Part shown: in pieces, positions 38,073-51,829 of the stretch
How the letters are laid out: the number at the start of each line of letters is the position of its first letter
How positions within the stretch are numbered: the first letter of the stretch is position 1
Assembly (NCBI GenBank): GCA_038087875.1
Contig: JAXLNO010000267.1
Span: 1-64,000, forward strand
Source of the DNA: Malacoraja senta
Lineage: Eukaryota
Length of the DNA: 64,000 nt
Direction: 5' to 3'
Position numbers and translations under genes: made by a program
Notes under the pieces: model-generated
Database searches by the model: none
Seen by the model: the letters and a program-made list of their open reading frames with translations, nothing else
Told to the model about the DNA's origin: nothing

Positions 38073-38589
38073 GGGGGCCCACCCAGAGTTGAATGGCAGG
38101 TGTCCTGCCTTGGCCGGAGGCCGCCTAGACTTCGAGGCCCTGGGCTTCAGCCTATGAAGCCTAGTGGTAAATCCGGCTCTGAGAGGCCCCCCCTAGATCT
38201 CGAGGCCCTAAGCTTAAGCTTGTCAAGCTTATACGTAAATCCGGCCCTGGGACTAAGTGCAGGTAAATGGAATTAGTATAAATGGGGAGTTGGGGGCTGA
38301 CACGGATATAGTGGGCTGAAGGGCCTATTTATGTGCTTTATGACTATGTGAGCATGGGAACCTTTAGTACTTAAAGGCTTTAGTATTAGTAAATGCTTAT
38401 AAAGATATGCATTTAATTTTTAACCTCTATTGATTTTCATTTAAGAATGCAACAGACGATGACAGTTGGTTGATCTTAGTACAAATTGTTATGGTGAAAA
38501 GTGAAAGAAAAGACAGCTGAACGATCATTGAGCTGAAATATTAACTCCACAGAGATGCTGCTTGACCCGCTGGGTGTCTTCTGCAGCAA

Positions 38590-39235
38590 CTGGGAATGTG
38601 GGCCGTAGAATGACAGATGGAACTTAATTCAGCCAAGTGCAGAGTGTTGTAGTTGGGAGGACAAACTAAGGCAGGACTTCTACAGCAAATGGAGGTGGTG
38701 TACAACAAAGAGACCTATGGTTCCAGGTACATCGCTCCTTGAAAGTGGTGACACAGGTCAACATAGTGGTAAAAGAAGTATTTTGGCACACTTCCATTCA
38801 TCAAGGATGTTACTGGGACTGGAGGGCTTGAGCAAAGGAGATTGTGGATAGGCTGGGGCATTGATGACCTAATAGAGATATATAAAAACATTAGGAGCAT
38901 AGATAAGGAGAAGATCATGGTCTTTATCCCAGGGCAGGAGAGTCTAAAACTAAAGGGCATCATTCTAAGGTGTGAAGAGAAAGATGTAAAGAGGATCTTA
39001 TGATCAACTTCCTCCACTTGGAGGGTGGTGCATAAATGGAACATGCTGTCAAAGGAAGTGGTAGACACAGGTACAATTACAATGTTTAGAAGATATTTAA
39101 ACATGGATTAAAAAAAAGATTCAGAAGTATATCGGCCAAATGCAGGCAAATGGTACTAACTCAGGGAGGCAATTTCATTGGCATAGATGATTTGGGCCAA
39201 AGAGTCTGTTTCCATGCTGTATAACTCCATGACTC
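38590..39235 (+). mobile_element. Old CR1 fragment
   Basis: Degenerate RT C-terminus and 3' UTR. Confidence 0.7.
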
Positions 39236-40382
39236 TTCTATTTTTAGCTTGCTCATAGTATCCTACTTTAATACCGTCCAAGGAATCTGTATTAAATTTG
39301 TTACTTTTCCCAAAATGCAATGCTATGAACTTTTCTGTATTAAATGTCAACATTGATTTATCAATATCATGCTGAAATCTCTGAACTGCTGTTTCATATT
39401 CCTCTGTTGCTACTAGTTCTGTATCATCAGCAATTGTGGTTTCTTTGCATTCTGTTTCTGTGCCCAGGTCACTTACTTATTGGAAAACGATGGCCTGAAG
39501 TGTCAATTGGATCAGCAGCCTCAGAACCTACATCCCCACCTCCCTTAGTTTAAACGTCAAGAGTGTTTAATTGTCAAATTACTGAAAACAGAATAATGAA
39601 ATTGTACTTCAGGAGCATAACTGGTCTGTAAACACAGCATTCAAAGATAACACAATAAACGCAAAAAAAGTTCAGTGAACTAAAAACAAAATCCAATATT
39701 AGTGGAAAAACAAAAACCCAAAGTCCTCAGTACAAACAAGACAGTTTGTAGTTGTGGTGGATTTACAGCATGGTACCGTGGTGGTTAGTACCAGTCTCCA
39801 CCTCTTTTCGTAATCTCCTTGGTTCCTAGACATTTGAGTTGCCAAGCCAAGCTGTGATGCAACCAGTCAGTATGATCCCTCCCATACATTCAAATGAAAG
39901 TTCTCATTTAACATAATTTATGGCCCCTAAATTTGTTAAAAATGCCACATTTGAAGAATAACCATTCTAGCACGGAAATCGCAGGAATGTAGGATGGTAA
40001 TTGCAATAACTATTGCAACATTTTTTTAACGTTTATTGAGCCACTCGCGCTGCTCAACAAAAACTTGATGCTGCTGTAACTGCATTAAGAGACTGGTGAT
40101 CCAAGGGCTGGACTAATAATTCAGTGTTCAATATCCTATCACTATAAATTTATAACTTAGTCATTGAATCATAGGGGAGTCATTCAGCCCATGTTTGCCA
40201 AAATGAGCTTTAAATAAATACCACTTCCCAGCTCTGGGTCCATAAATTTGTAGCTTTCTCCAATCTTTAAATTTTCAATGTTTAAACTTTTGTTTCTGCC
40301 TTCATACCCTTTCAGGCTGTGGGTTTTAGACACCACACACCTGTTGAGAGCATTTTTTTTTCTACCATCTTGCATGGCCTCT

Positions 40383-42131
40383 AGTTAATTTCCAAAACTC
40401 CCTGGAGGCAGGAACGGTCCCAGTGGATTGGAAAATGGCCAATGTAACACCTATATTTAAAAAAGGAAGTAAACAGAAGGCGGGTAACTATAGACCGGTT
40501 AGTCTAACATCGGTGGTGGGTAAAATGTTAGAGACAATTATTAAAGAAACACTAACGGGGCACTTGGATAAACATGACTTCATCGGACAGAACCAGCATG
40601 GTTTTGTGAAGGGGAAGTCCTGTTTAACGAATCTGCTCGAATTCTTTGAGGAAGTAACAACCCGGGTGGATAAAGGGGAACCGGTGGATGTGGTATACTT
40701 GGACTTCCAAAAGGCTTTTGACAAGGTGCCACATAAGAGACTATTGCTAAAAATAAAAAATTATGGGATTGGGGGTAATATATTAGCATGGGTAGAGGAT
40801 TGGCTAACAAATAGGAAGCAGAGAGTGGGGATAAATGGTTCATACTCGGGATGGCAACCGGTAACTAGCGGGGTTCCGCAAGGGTCGGTGCTGGGACCCC
40901 AGTTGTTCACAATTTATATAAATGATTTGGAGGAGGGAACCAAGTGTAATATATCAAAATTTGCGGACGATACAAAAATGGGAGGAAAAGTAGGGGATGA
41001 GGAGGATAGGAAGAGTCTGCAAAAGGATATAGATAAGCTAGGTGAGTGGGCAACAACTTGGCAGATGAAATTTAATACTAATAAATGTGAAGTCATTCAC
41101 TTTGGGAAAAAAAATGATAGGGCAAGTTATTTTCTAAATGAGGTGGAGCTGCGTTGTAATGCAACGCAAAGGGATCTAGGGGTAGTAGTACATGAATCAC
41201 TAAAAGTTAGTATGCAGGTGCAGCAAGCAATCAGGAAGGCCAATGGAGTTTTGGCCTTTATTGCTAGGGGGATTGAGTATAAAAACACGGAGGTCTTGCT
41301 GCAGCTGTACACAGTATTAGTGAGACCACATTTGGAATACTGTGTACAGTTCTGGGGTCCATACTTAAGAAAGGATGTACTGGCCCTGGAGGCAGTGCAG
41401 CGAAGGTTTACAAGATTAATTCCTGCAATGAGGGGATTGACATATGAGGAAAGGTTAAGTAGGCTGGAACTCTACTCTTTGGAGTTTAGAAGAATGAGAG
41501 GCGATCTCATTGAAACATATAAGATCGTGAGGGGCCTTGATCGGGTGGATGCACCGAGGATGTTCCCAATGATCGGGGAAACTAGAACTAGGGGACATAG
41601 TTGTAGAATAAGAGGGGGTTCTTTTAAAACTGAGATGAGGAAGAACTTCTTCACCCAGAGGGTGGTTAATTTATGGAATTCACTGCCCCAGGGAGCAGTG
41701 GAAGCAGAAACATTAAATATATTTAAGTCTAAAATAGATGGTTTTTTAGCTGCCAAGGGGATAAGGGGCTACGGGGAGAGGGCAGGGATATGGACCTAGG
41801 TATGGTTAGTATAGTAAGACCTGAGTGATCTCCTGGACAAGTGTCGATCGCCTGGATTGGGGTCGGAGAGGAATTTCCCGGATTTTTTTCCCGAATTGGA
41901 CCTGGGTTTTAATCCGTTTTTTTGCCTCCCCCAGGAGATCACGCGGTTCTTGGGGTGGAGAGGGGTGATAGCGATATAAAGGGGAGGGTAGTGTCTTGTG
42001 TTCTGTGTCTTGTGTCTACTGTTTGTGGGTAAGGGTGTCTGTTTAGTGTTCAGCCATGAGCGAATGGCGGTGCGGGCTCGATGGGCCTGGTGGTCTACTC
42101 TCGCACCTACTTTCTATGTTTCTATGTTTCT
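40383..42131 (+). mobile_element. Young 5'-truncated CR1 LINE of a distinct subfamily with a long 3' UTR
   Basis: 458-aa uninterrupted RT ORF, (TTTCTATG)n tail, probable TSD ATGGCCTCT/ATGACCTCT at 40374-40382 and 42132-42140. Confidence 0.93.
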
Positions 42132-42974
42132 ATGACCTCTTTACTGAGGGATGTAGGCCCTTATTCATTATCTGTATTGGAATGCTGTGATTTGAAACAC
42201 CTTGATTTGACCTCCTTCAATCTTCCTTTGCCCAAGAAACACACCCTCTGTCGAGACGGTCTCTCCTCGTAACTATAATTCGCCACCCATGACATCATCC
42301 TTGTAAGTCTCTTCTATAGCTTTTCTCATGTTGTCCCACTTTGCATGTGATGTGCAGACTAGAACTATATTCAACATTCTTTCTCTCTGCATACTTGGAG
42401 GAAGCACTCAACCAAAGTATTAATTGTTTGTCGTTTAAGAATGCAGTAATTGTCTTTTGTAAACAATTCATTCAAATGTTAACTGAGAGAATCTCTTGTT
42501 CAGTAAAAACTGCACCTATCCTTGCAGCTATATGCTATATCTTGTGTTTATGCCTTTTTTCCCCTTACCCTTATATTGAAAATATAACAAACATGAAAGG
42601 TGGTGGGTGCCTGAAACCCACTGTCAGGGGTGGTGTTTAAGAGGCTTTTAGATGGGCACAGAGATATGCAGGGATTGAGGGATATGGATTATGTGCAGGT
42701 AGATGAGATTGATTTATCTTGCCATCTTGTTCAGCACAGACATTGGGGACAGTTCCAGTGCTGTACTCTTCTATGTTCTATGTAAAGTAATTGTATGAAA
42801 AGATTGTTGTTGCAAATACTTGCATAAAGAAATCAAATTCTTTGAAAATATTTGCAGTATCATTCAGCTGTTCATTGAACACATTTTGTAAGTGGATATA
42901 ATTGCAAATGTTCACCCTGTAATGATCCATCTGTGTCTATAAACAAGTGCTTAAATATGCAATTAAATGTTTAA

Positions 42975-43530
42975 ATATATAGCAGTTGTAGAAGATGTTG
43001 GTAAGGCACAAGTTTGAGTATTGTGTTCACCTTTGGTCACTTTTGCTGTAGTAATGTCATTAAGCTGGGAAGTGTGCAGAGATAGTTTATGAGGATGGTG
43101 CCAGGGCTAGAGGGTCTGAGCTGTAGGGAGAGGCCAGGCAGGCTAGGACTTTATTGCTTGGAGTGTAGGAAGCTGAGGGGTACGTTTTTATAGACCTGTA
43201 TATAACCAAGATTGGGATAGATAGGATGAATGCACTGTTTTTTCCAGGGTAAGGGAATCAAGAATTAGAGGTTGTAGGTTTAAGATGAGAGGGGAATGGT
43301 TGCTGAAGAGCAACTTTTCACTCAGAGGGTGGTGGGTATGTGGAAGTAGCTGCGAGAGAAAGTAGTTAAGGAATGTACAATAACAGCATTTATAAGAGAT
43401 TTGGACAGGTACATAGGATAGGTTTACAGTTATGGACTCAACGTGGACAAATGGGACTAGCTTAGATAGGGTATCTTGGTCGACATGGACGGGTTGGGTG
43501 AAAGGCTTGTTTCCATGCTGTGTGACTATT
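42975..43530 (+). mobile_element. Old CR1 3' fragment
   Basis: Degenerate CR1 C-terminus and 3' UTR. Confidence 0.72.
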
Positions 43531-46500
43531 GCAATAAGTTTAATCAATTTAGCACATAGCTAAGAATCTTCACACTATATATATGTAAATGGTTATCAAA
43601 AAGCTTCCTTAGTTTGCCTCCAATCATGAATTCATTATGAACCTCTGCCACCGGAACCCTAACCCATGCCAGTCGTGTTCAATCATAGACCGTGTTCTCC
43701 CTGACCTAAATTAGTTCCTGGTCACTCCCTACTTCAAATCTAAAGTTCTTTTCCTTGAGATCAGATACCTCCATGCCTATCCCTTCCTTGCCTTTGTATC
43801 ATTCTCCTGTCCTACCGAAACTCCTAATATTGTCCCCTTGCAAATAACCTCATTTATTTTCCATGTCCTAATTGTTCTATCTGTTGAAATTGTAAGCCTA
43901 GTTCCCTTCTTAAACTTCTCCACCTTTCTATCTCTGCTTCGACAGTTTTCTTAAAACCTCACTCTCTGGTCAGGCTTTTGGTTGTTTAACCTGCACTACC
44001 TTGTATCTCCTTGCATGTCTTATTGTTATTTTGTATGATCGTTTTTCGAGGAAGTGCTGCGAAACATTACTTTTAAAGTATTACAGAGTAATGGAGTCAT
44101 ACCGTGTGGAAACAAGCCCTGTTGCCCATGCCGACCAACATGCCCCATCTACACTCGTCTCACCTCCCTGCGTTTGGCCCATGTCCCTCTAAACCTGTCC
44201 TATCCATGTATCTGTCCAAATGTTTCTTAATTGTTGCAATAGTACCTGCCTCAACTACCTCCTCCAACAGCTCAACTACCTCCTCCAACATGCACCCACC
44301 ACCCTTTGTGTAAAAAAAGTCACCCTCTGGTTCTCAATTCCCCAACTCTGTGCAAATTACTGTGTTTACCCGACCTATTATATGAACATATATTTTAATA
44401 TTGTCCATGAGGCTTCAGAGCTAGGCAACATTGTCTTTAAAATGTAAATACCAGTTTCAAAAGCATTTTATTTACCTGTAAAGTTTCAATAAAACAAAAG
44501 TAAAACATTGACATTTTTAAAGAGCTGCTTATTAGAGGATTTTGGGGCCAGTTGTTTGCAGGTAACATCAGTGTTAGATTGATTGATTTTGATTGATTGC
44601 CATGATGTTGCAGATTATTTTTACTTAGTATATGTGTATCTTCGTATGCCAACATATAATTATGACACATCACTTCTGTGGCTCTGAATATGGAATTTTG
44701 ATTGTAGCAGCACTAAAGAATTGTGCTCAGCTATGGGACTGACTGTTAGGGAGAAATGCATTTACATGACCATGCTGATGTTTACAACTAATACTTATAG
44801 AATATCTGAACTACAATATCTAATATGTGATTAGGCTACTCTTCCAGTCTTGAAGATAACCTTTAGCCATGTCTTTAAAAATAAAAGCTGGTGCAGTAAT
44901 TGTTTAATCAGGCACTGCAAGAACTCTTCCCATTGAAAATAACGTTTTTTTTTTAACTCTATAACAACAGAATAATTGAGATTGAATGAAAATGTTGGAT
45001 AATAATTACTGGTAGATAATGTTGGGTCATTCGGATTTAAGTTTCCATTGATGGTGCAATTTATCCATAAAATTGGTGCCAGTTGATGCCATGATCAAAG
45101 ATCGTTCTAAATGATTGATCTAATCTTTGTCCCTCCTGAATACACATCTCAATTCAAAACACACAATCTCCAATTCTGCCATGATATACAAATAGTTTAA
45201 TCAATGAATACTTAGGGATTTCTGAACTGTTCCCAATCCTACACCCAATCAATTCCCAATAAGGTTCCATTCAGTTTTGTTTATTGGCCCTTGTACCGAG
45301 GTACAATGAAATGCTTTTGTTGCGTGCTATCAAGTCAGCAGAAAGACAATACATGATTACAATCGAGCCATTTAACAGACAGACCAAATTAGCTGGATCT
45401 ATTTCCTATCCCACAAGTACTTTTATAGCACCTGGATGTGCTGATATTTCACACAACTGATTGAAATCAACATATACACCAGATTATATATAGTAAATGG
45501 TTGATAGGCAAATGATCAAATGAGTCTTTGAATGTGCGCTTTTGTGAACTGTAAGGATGAATATGTTGCTGGATCATTTGATAAAGCACAGTTTACTGGA
45601 AAGTATTTCTGAATTTTCTTCCCTGCATTCATTACCTCACAGGAGAGAGGAGTTCAATAGTCTTCACAATGGCCATTTACGTGGACTCATTATGGCCCCA
45701 TTCCATTACAAATATTGTCCCTGGAAGGAACTTAAATTGGGATCAAGTCTCCCTGAAACCTTAGAAAACTGGATGATCCGAGCCAGCAAAATACCTTTAG
45801 CCTGCAGGCAAGGTAATGGGCTGTACTGACATGGTTCAGTGGAAGTGCTGACATTGGACCTTACTCAACAATATTGGAGTTTGCAAGAACAGGTCAGAGG
45901 TTGGGCATTCTGTGATTCATGATGCCTCCTCACACGTCAAAGCCTTTCCACCATCCGTAAGGCATAAGACGGGAATATTCTTCATCTCTTTAGGGGAGCG
46001 TTGCTCCAGCAACAGATAAAACTCATGACAATCCAGGATAAAGCGATCATCTTGATCGCCCTAAACCACCAATGTATCATGGCTGCAGTATAGCCCAACT
46101 GCAAGATCCACTGCAGTTATTCACCAATGCATCTTTGGTGGTATCTCCCAATGCAATGCAATAGAATTGTGCAGCATGAAAACAGGCCAACTGGCCCAAC
46201 TTGTCGACACAGACCAGAGGGCACCCTACTCTATTAATCCCATCACCCAACAATTGGTCCATAGCCCTATGCACCTAAACGATTCAAGTACTCGTCTGTA
46301 GTTTGTGATTCATTTCTGATTTTGGATAGCAGAAAGTAGGTCTGATGTTCAAAATTTGACCTGTGTGAAAATATTTCAGTCTATCGGACCACAACCCGGG
46401 TCTCTTTCTTTTGTACTCTCCCTAAAAATTGTGAAATGCCTTCATACACGTCATGCTGCCAGGTTTCTTTTACTTCCTTCATGTCATATTAAAGTTTTAA

Positions 46501-46834
46501 CAGGTGACCATGAAATGGATCCAAACACCACTCTTCCCATGACTTTGCCTACTCCAGGTCCAGACCCTGTTGAAGTGAATTGGGAAAGCACTACATAATG
46601 CTGTAGGGGTGCAGATTCAACACAATTGGTCACTCCCTCATCTCTTGTTGACTTGCCCGAGATCTCAGCATGAGTCAAGAGTGTTTGATTGTCCCAGATA
46701 GAACAATGAAATTCTTACTTGCTGCAGCACAACAGAATATGTAAATATAATACACTATAAACAATATAATAAACAAGAGAAAAAAAGTTCAGTGTGTGTA
46801 TATATACACACACATACTCACAAGTACACACATA

Positions 46835-48482
46835 TCTATCTATCCTCTATCCTTATAACTATAAATCTCTGATCTTGGATGTGTGTGTGTGTGTATTTAT
46901 TTGTTTGTGTGTGATCACATCTACTCTAAGAAACGACGCGCTAACAGTAAAATGTTTACATCATCCGGTAGAGATTTACCCCCTGGAGTCAAAAATAGGC
47001 TTACCTGAAAAATTCTTTCTCTATTTCTTGAGTTATTAATTAAAATGTTGACAAATCAGAAATGTCTTTGAAAATAAAAGGCTTTGGCTGATGATGTCAC
47101 AATGGCTCTACGTGCTTCGTCTACGCTGTGAGCTGACACCCCCCCGCGCGCTGCTGCCATCCCTAGCGAGCTGCCGCCACCCCCCTGCGAGCTGCCGCAC
47201 CCCCAAGAGCTGCCGCCCCCCCCACCGAGCTGCCACCCCCCCTCCCGCAAGCTGCCGCCCCTTCCCCCATGAGCTGCCGCCCCTCCCCACGCGAGCTGCC
47301 GCCCCTCCCCCCGCGAGCTGCCGCCCCTCCCCCGTGAGCTTCCGCCCCTCCCCCCGCGAGCTGCCTTCCCGCTCCCCTCCTCCTCTCTTCCTCCTCCTCT
47401 CCCCCATTCCCCCTCTCTCTCCCCCCTCTCCCCTACCCAGCCTTCTCTCCCCCCTATTCTCTCTCCCATCCCCCCTCCCCTCCCCTCCCCCTCCCTCCCC
47501 TCCATCCCCGTCAGTTATTTATGAAAATGTTCAAAATTTTCAAATAACTTAGAAAATAAACGAGCTGATGACGTCACAATGGGTCTGCTCGTGTGGCCTG
47601 TGCAGTTTTCCACCCGCAGCCTGCTGCGCACTGTTTTCCATGTGCTGTGAGTTACCCCATTACCGCCCCGACTCGCAGTCATTTGGTCGCCGCCCGGTCG
47701 CCGTGGGCTGCGCCCCCTCCACTCCCCTCCTCTCCTCTCCCCGGCCTCTCTCCCCTCCCTCCTCTCCCCCATCCTTTCCCCCCCTCTTTAACCCCTCCTC
47801 TTCCACCCCCTTGTTCCCCCCCTACTCCCCCCCCTCTTCCTCCTGCTCTTTCCCCCCCCTCTTTCTCCCCACGTCTTTCCCTCGCCCCTCTTCCCCCTCC
47901 CCTTTCCCCTCTATCCCTCTGCTTCTCTCTCTCTCTCTGCCCCTCTCTCTCTCTCTATCTCTGCCCTTATTTCTCTCTGCCTCTCTCTTCTCTCTTTTCC
48001 GACTCTCTCTCTGTCCCTCTCTCTGTCTCTCTCTGCCCCTCTCTCTCTGCTCATCTCCCTCTCTCTCTGCCCCTCTCTCTGTCTCTGTCCCTCTCTTTGT
48101 GTCTGCCCCTCTCCTTCGCTCTCTCTCTGCCACTCTCTCTCTCTGCCCCTCTCTCTCTGCCCCTCTCCCTCTCTCTGCCCCCTCTCTCTCTGTCTGCCCC
48201 TCTTTCTGTGCCCCTCCGTGTCTCTGCCCCTCTCTTTGTGTCTCTGCCCCCTTTCTCTACCCCCTCTCCGTCTCCAAACGCGCCTGTGAGTTGGGGGCTA
48301 TGCATGAGTGGATAGGGGGGGTGGGGTAAAAGGAGAGAATGAATAATATTAATATAATAGCAAGGAGGGTGGTTAATGTGTGTGTGTGGGGGATGGTTAG
48401 TGTGTGTGTGACACCGCAGCTCCCCCCCCCCCCGCAACCGCGCGTTGAGGGGACGGGATCCAACGGGTCCCACTTGATCTAG
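46835..48482 (+). mobile_element. Non-autonomous Helitron, complete
   Basis: A|TC start; subterminal hairpin GGGATCC-AAC-GGGTCCC followed by CTAG|T; no TSD. The interior has a GAGCTGCCGCCCC minisatellite (47140-47370) and CT-rich tracts. Confidence 0.85.
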
Positions 48483-48660
48483 TACATCCTCAAATTGTGC
48501 TTCTGATTTTCTTTTTTATGTGTTTTTGGAAGGAATTCTGTCCCTGATTTATGTATTGGTCTTTATAACCTATTTTTTTTAAATTCTGATTATATGTTTT
48601 CTATAAATCTCTGTATGGTGTCCTTGAGACCTCGGTATAAGGCGCCCGTAAATAAAATCC

Positions 48661-49075
48661 ATTATTATTATTATTATTATTATAACTAAAATTCTGATCT
48701 TGTGCTCTTCCGGATTGCGAGGTTTTTCCATTTGCACAAAAACGGTACGCGATAGCGCTATGACTTTTCGCCACTTTACCCACCATTCCCCTGTGCTGTA
48801 AGTGCAACCAGTTTTGTTCTTATCGATGGTATATTTTAAAAGTTATTACGGTTTAAATATCTTAAAAACCGTGCATGGGCAGATTGGTGTCCTCTCCTGT
48901 CAGTCAACGCCGCGGCCAGGATGGCAACGCCCCTTCCTGCACGGCGGCTTCTCCTGCCTCACTCACAAACTCCTCTCTCAGTAACTCCTGCCTATACTCA
49001 CCCTCCTCTCAGTAACTTGTGTACCGTCTCCCCCAACACCGGCGGCGGTCACTCACCCCTCTCCCCTGCGGCAAT
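48661..49075 (+). mobile_element. Truncated Helitron 5' part, same group
   Basis: TTATAACTAAAATTCTGATCTTG matches the 5' subterminal motif of the element at 46835. Confidence 0.6.
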
Positions 49076-49099
49076 ATGCACACACTTTTTTTCACAGCA

Positions 49100-50435
49100 T
49101 TGGTGAAATCAAGAACTAGGAGCATAGGATTAAGATGAGAAGGGGATGAATTAATGGAAATCAGAGGGGAAACCTTCTCACACAGGGGTGGAAATGTATA
49201 GGGAATAAACTGCCAGAGACAATGGCTGAGATACTGCCATTTAAGGGTTATTTGGGCAGGTAAATGGATAGGAAAAGTTTAGAGGGATATGGGTGAAAAA
49301 CACGCAAATGGGACTATCATAGTACTGCAGGATTAGTAAATTTGCAGATGCCACTAAAGTGGGTGGTATTGTAGAGAAGATGGTTATCGAAGATTACAGC
49401 AGGATCTTGATCAGTTGGGCAAATGGGCAGAGAAATGGTTAACGGAGTGAGGTGTTGCATTTTAGGAAGTCAAACTAGGGCAGGACCTTCACAGTAATTG
49501 GCAGGGCTCTGGGCAGTATTGTGGAAAAGAGGGATCTCGGACTGCAGGTACATACTTCTTTGTAAATTGCATCGCAGGTAAATAGGGTGCTCAATGTGGC
49601 TTTTGGTACATTGGTCTTCATCACTCCGGTTAATGAATGTTACTTTCTATCTCTGTCCTGCCCACTCCCCTGGAAACATCAACTATTCCTTCTCTTCAGA
49701 AATGCTGCCTGTCCTGCTGAGTTATTCCAGCATTTTATGTCTATGATGAATATAGAAGTTGGGGTGTTATGTTACAGCTGTACAAGGCGCTGGTGAGGCT
49801 ACAGTTGGAGCAGTGTGTTCAGTTTTGGGCACCCTGCTGGAGAAAATATGGTAAGCTGGAAAGAGTGCGGAGATTTAAGGATGTTGCCAGGACTTGAGAG
49901 CCTGAGCTTTAGGGGTGACTAGGCTGGCTAGGACTGTATTCCTGGAACATAGGCAGATGAGAGATAGGATCATGAGGGGAATAGATGGCATAGAGACTCA
50001 CACCCTTGTTCCCTCTTCCAAGTCATTAATGTAGATAATACATGAAGGATGTCATTTAGCTGGAAAATGTGCAGAGGTTTACAAGGATGTTGCCAAAACT
50101 CGAGCTATAGGGTTGAGCCACCTAGGACTTTATTCCTTGGAGCACAGGAAGCTGAGGGTGATCTTATAGAGGTGTATAAATGGGGTGAAAGTATACTTTT
50201 ACCCAGAGTGGGGGAATCAAGAACCAGGCAACGTAGGTTTAAGATGAGAGGGGAAAGATTTAATAATAACCTGAGGGGCAACTTTTTCCACAGAGGGTGG
50301 AGAGTGTATGGAATTAGCTCCAAGAGGTAGCTGAGGCAGAAACTATAAGATTTAAAATACATTTGGACAGGTGCATGGATAGGAAAGGTTTAGAGGGATA
50401 TGGGCCAAAGGGCCTGCTTCTGTGCTATATCTGTG
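49100..50435 (+). mobile_element. Cluster of old CR1 fragments
   Basis: Several degenerate RT and C-terminal segments. Confidence 0.72.
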
Positions 50436-51525
50436 ACCTGACAGAAACGTGTAACACTGCATAGAAGAAATTAACTATTTTAAGGGATAGTCAATTATTT
50501 AAAGAAATGGAAAGGTAGAGACGGAATAATGATTAGAGGGGTATGATAATATGCACAAAGGCTCTATGTACTAGTTTTACTAATGTGAAATCTATTACTT
50601 AAATGGGTGTCATCAAAATAATATTTATAGATAACTTGACAGCTGGATGGTAGTGATTTTATGAAAAGCAGTTGAATAATGTTACATTTTTCTCAATTAT
50701 GAAAAAAATTAAATGGTGTCGGTGTCTGATGGAATCCATTGCACAGACTACATACATGGCCTCTGAGGCTGAATGGTTTCTGGAAATGGCTCTCCGATGT
50801 ATAGCTACTCCTGTTTCCCTGCATTGCTCAAATCTAATTTATGAAAGGGTTTTCAACTGTCCAACAGCACCATCTCCTGGAAGAATATTAGTGCACATAC
50901 AATTCCTTCTATAAAAGGATGTGGGTGCCAAGAAAAAATATATCCTCGACTGCAGCAGCATTGTCCCTTCATTCATTTTCCTGAAATAATTCAGAAGCAA
51001 CAGGGTGAACTGGATGGCACCTGTCTGTTACTTACCTTGAAGTTGCAATGCAATACCTACCCACTTGGGGAGACTCAATTTCAGCAAATCAACCCCAGCC
51101 CACTAACTATACCACTTTACCAATCATCGACACGCAGGGAATATAGTATGACCAGTGCTCGCTGATGTTACTTCAATTCACGGATAATTTACATGGAACT
51201 CTTTGGCATAGGTTGGGGAAAGGCCCTACCCAAAACTCCCTCACCATCACAAATCTGAATGGACACAACTGAGTAAAGCCACTGGGTTCTGTAAGTCTCA
51301 ACAATTACAGCATTGTTAGGCAAAATACCTCCTGACAAGGATTAGGTGGTGTTACTGTATATGGCTGGAAGCATAACACTTGAAGCTAGAGCCAAAAGGT
51401 TACTCATGCATGATTGTACCCTCAGTAGGAACAGCTGCAGACACCTCAGAGTTTGGCACAGATTAAGATATTTGTAGTATAAATACTTGTGAATTTCACA
51501 AATCTTTACCAATTTTCTTTTACAG

Positions 51526-51653
51526 CCAATGAAGTACTTCAGTTTGGGAAACTAGTCAGCACCTCTAACACTTACAATGGAAGTGGGACTGTCACAATAG
51601 AAACCGACGAGCCTCTGCTGTGGACAATGGGAATCAAGAGGCAACTTAAATGA
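51526..51653 (+). CDS. TPK1: Thiamin pyrophosphokinase 1, last coding exon (upstream exons not found in window)
   Basis: Acceptor ttttcttttacAG ends at 51525. The exon reads (T)[41 protein letters not shown], matching the recalled vertebrate TPK1 C-terminus ([39 protein letters not shown]). It is not in the ORF track. Confidence 0.93.
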
Positions 51654-51736
51654 AGTGTGCGTTTTAAAATGAAGCGGAATAGAACACAGAGAATCTTAAG
51701 GACGAAAAAAAGCTCATTGTACAAATCAAAACATGT

Positions 51737-51742
51737 TTTATT
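51737..51742 (-). terminator. AATAAA polyadenylation signal of SEC61G
   Basis: tttatt on + strand, about 80 nt downstream of the SEC61G stop. Confidence 0.7.
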
Positions 51743-51819
51743 GACTGAAGCACAAAATATAAAGTGTTCCTTGCTGTCCTCCCATCTTCGTTTTCTATCC
51801 AAACACCATCGAGTCAGTT

Positions 51820-51829
51820 CTAACCACCA
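51820..51829 (-). CDS. SEC61G: SEC61 gamma subunit, last coding exon (V-G-G-stop)
   Basis: ctttgcag|T GGT GGT TAG. 94+103+10 = 207 nt = 68 aa plus stop, the canonical SEC61G length. Confidence 0.93.

Larger units (their letters stand above)
34490..38249. mobile_element. hAT-superfamily non-autonomous element filled with secondary insertions
   Basis: TIRs CAGGGCCAGATTTA and TAAATCCGGCCCTG; 8-bp TSD GGACGAAG/GGACTAAG (7 of 8 match). The host CR1 3' end is continuous across it. Confidence 0.82.

Noticed and set aside
47140..47370. Regularly spaced GAGCTGCCGCCCC repeats as a CRISPR-like array
   Set aside because: Eukaryotic minisatellite; spacers are short C-runs and there are no cas genes.
47056..48473. 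Long Gly/Arg/Pro/Ser/Leu-rich ORFs on both strands
   Set aside because: Artefacts of low-complexity Helitron interior sequence; the same applies to 26061-26898.
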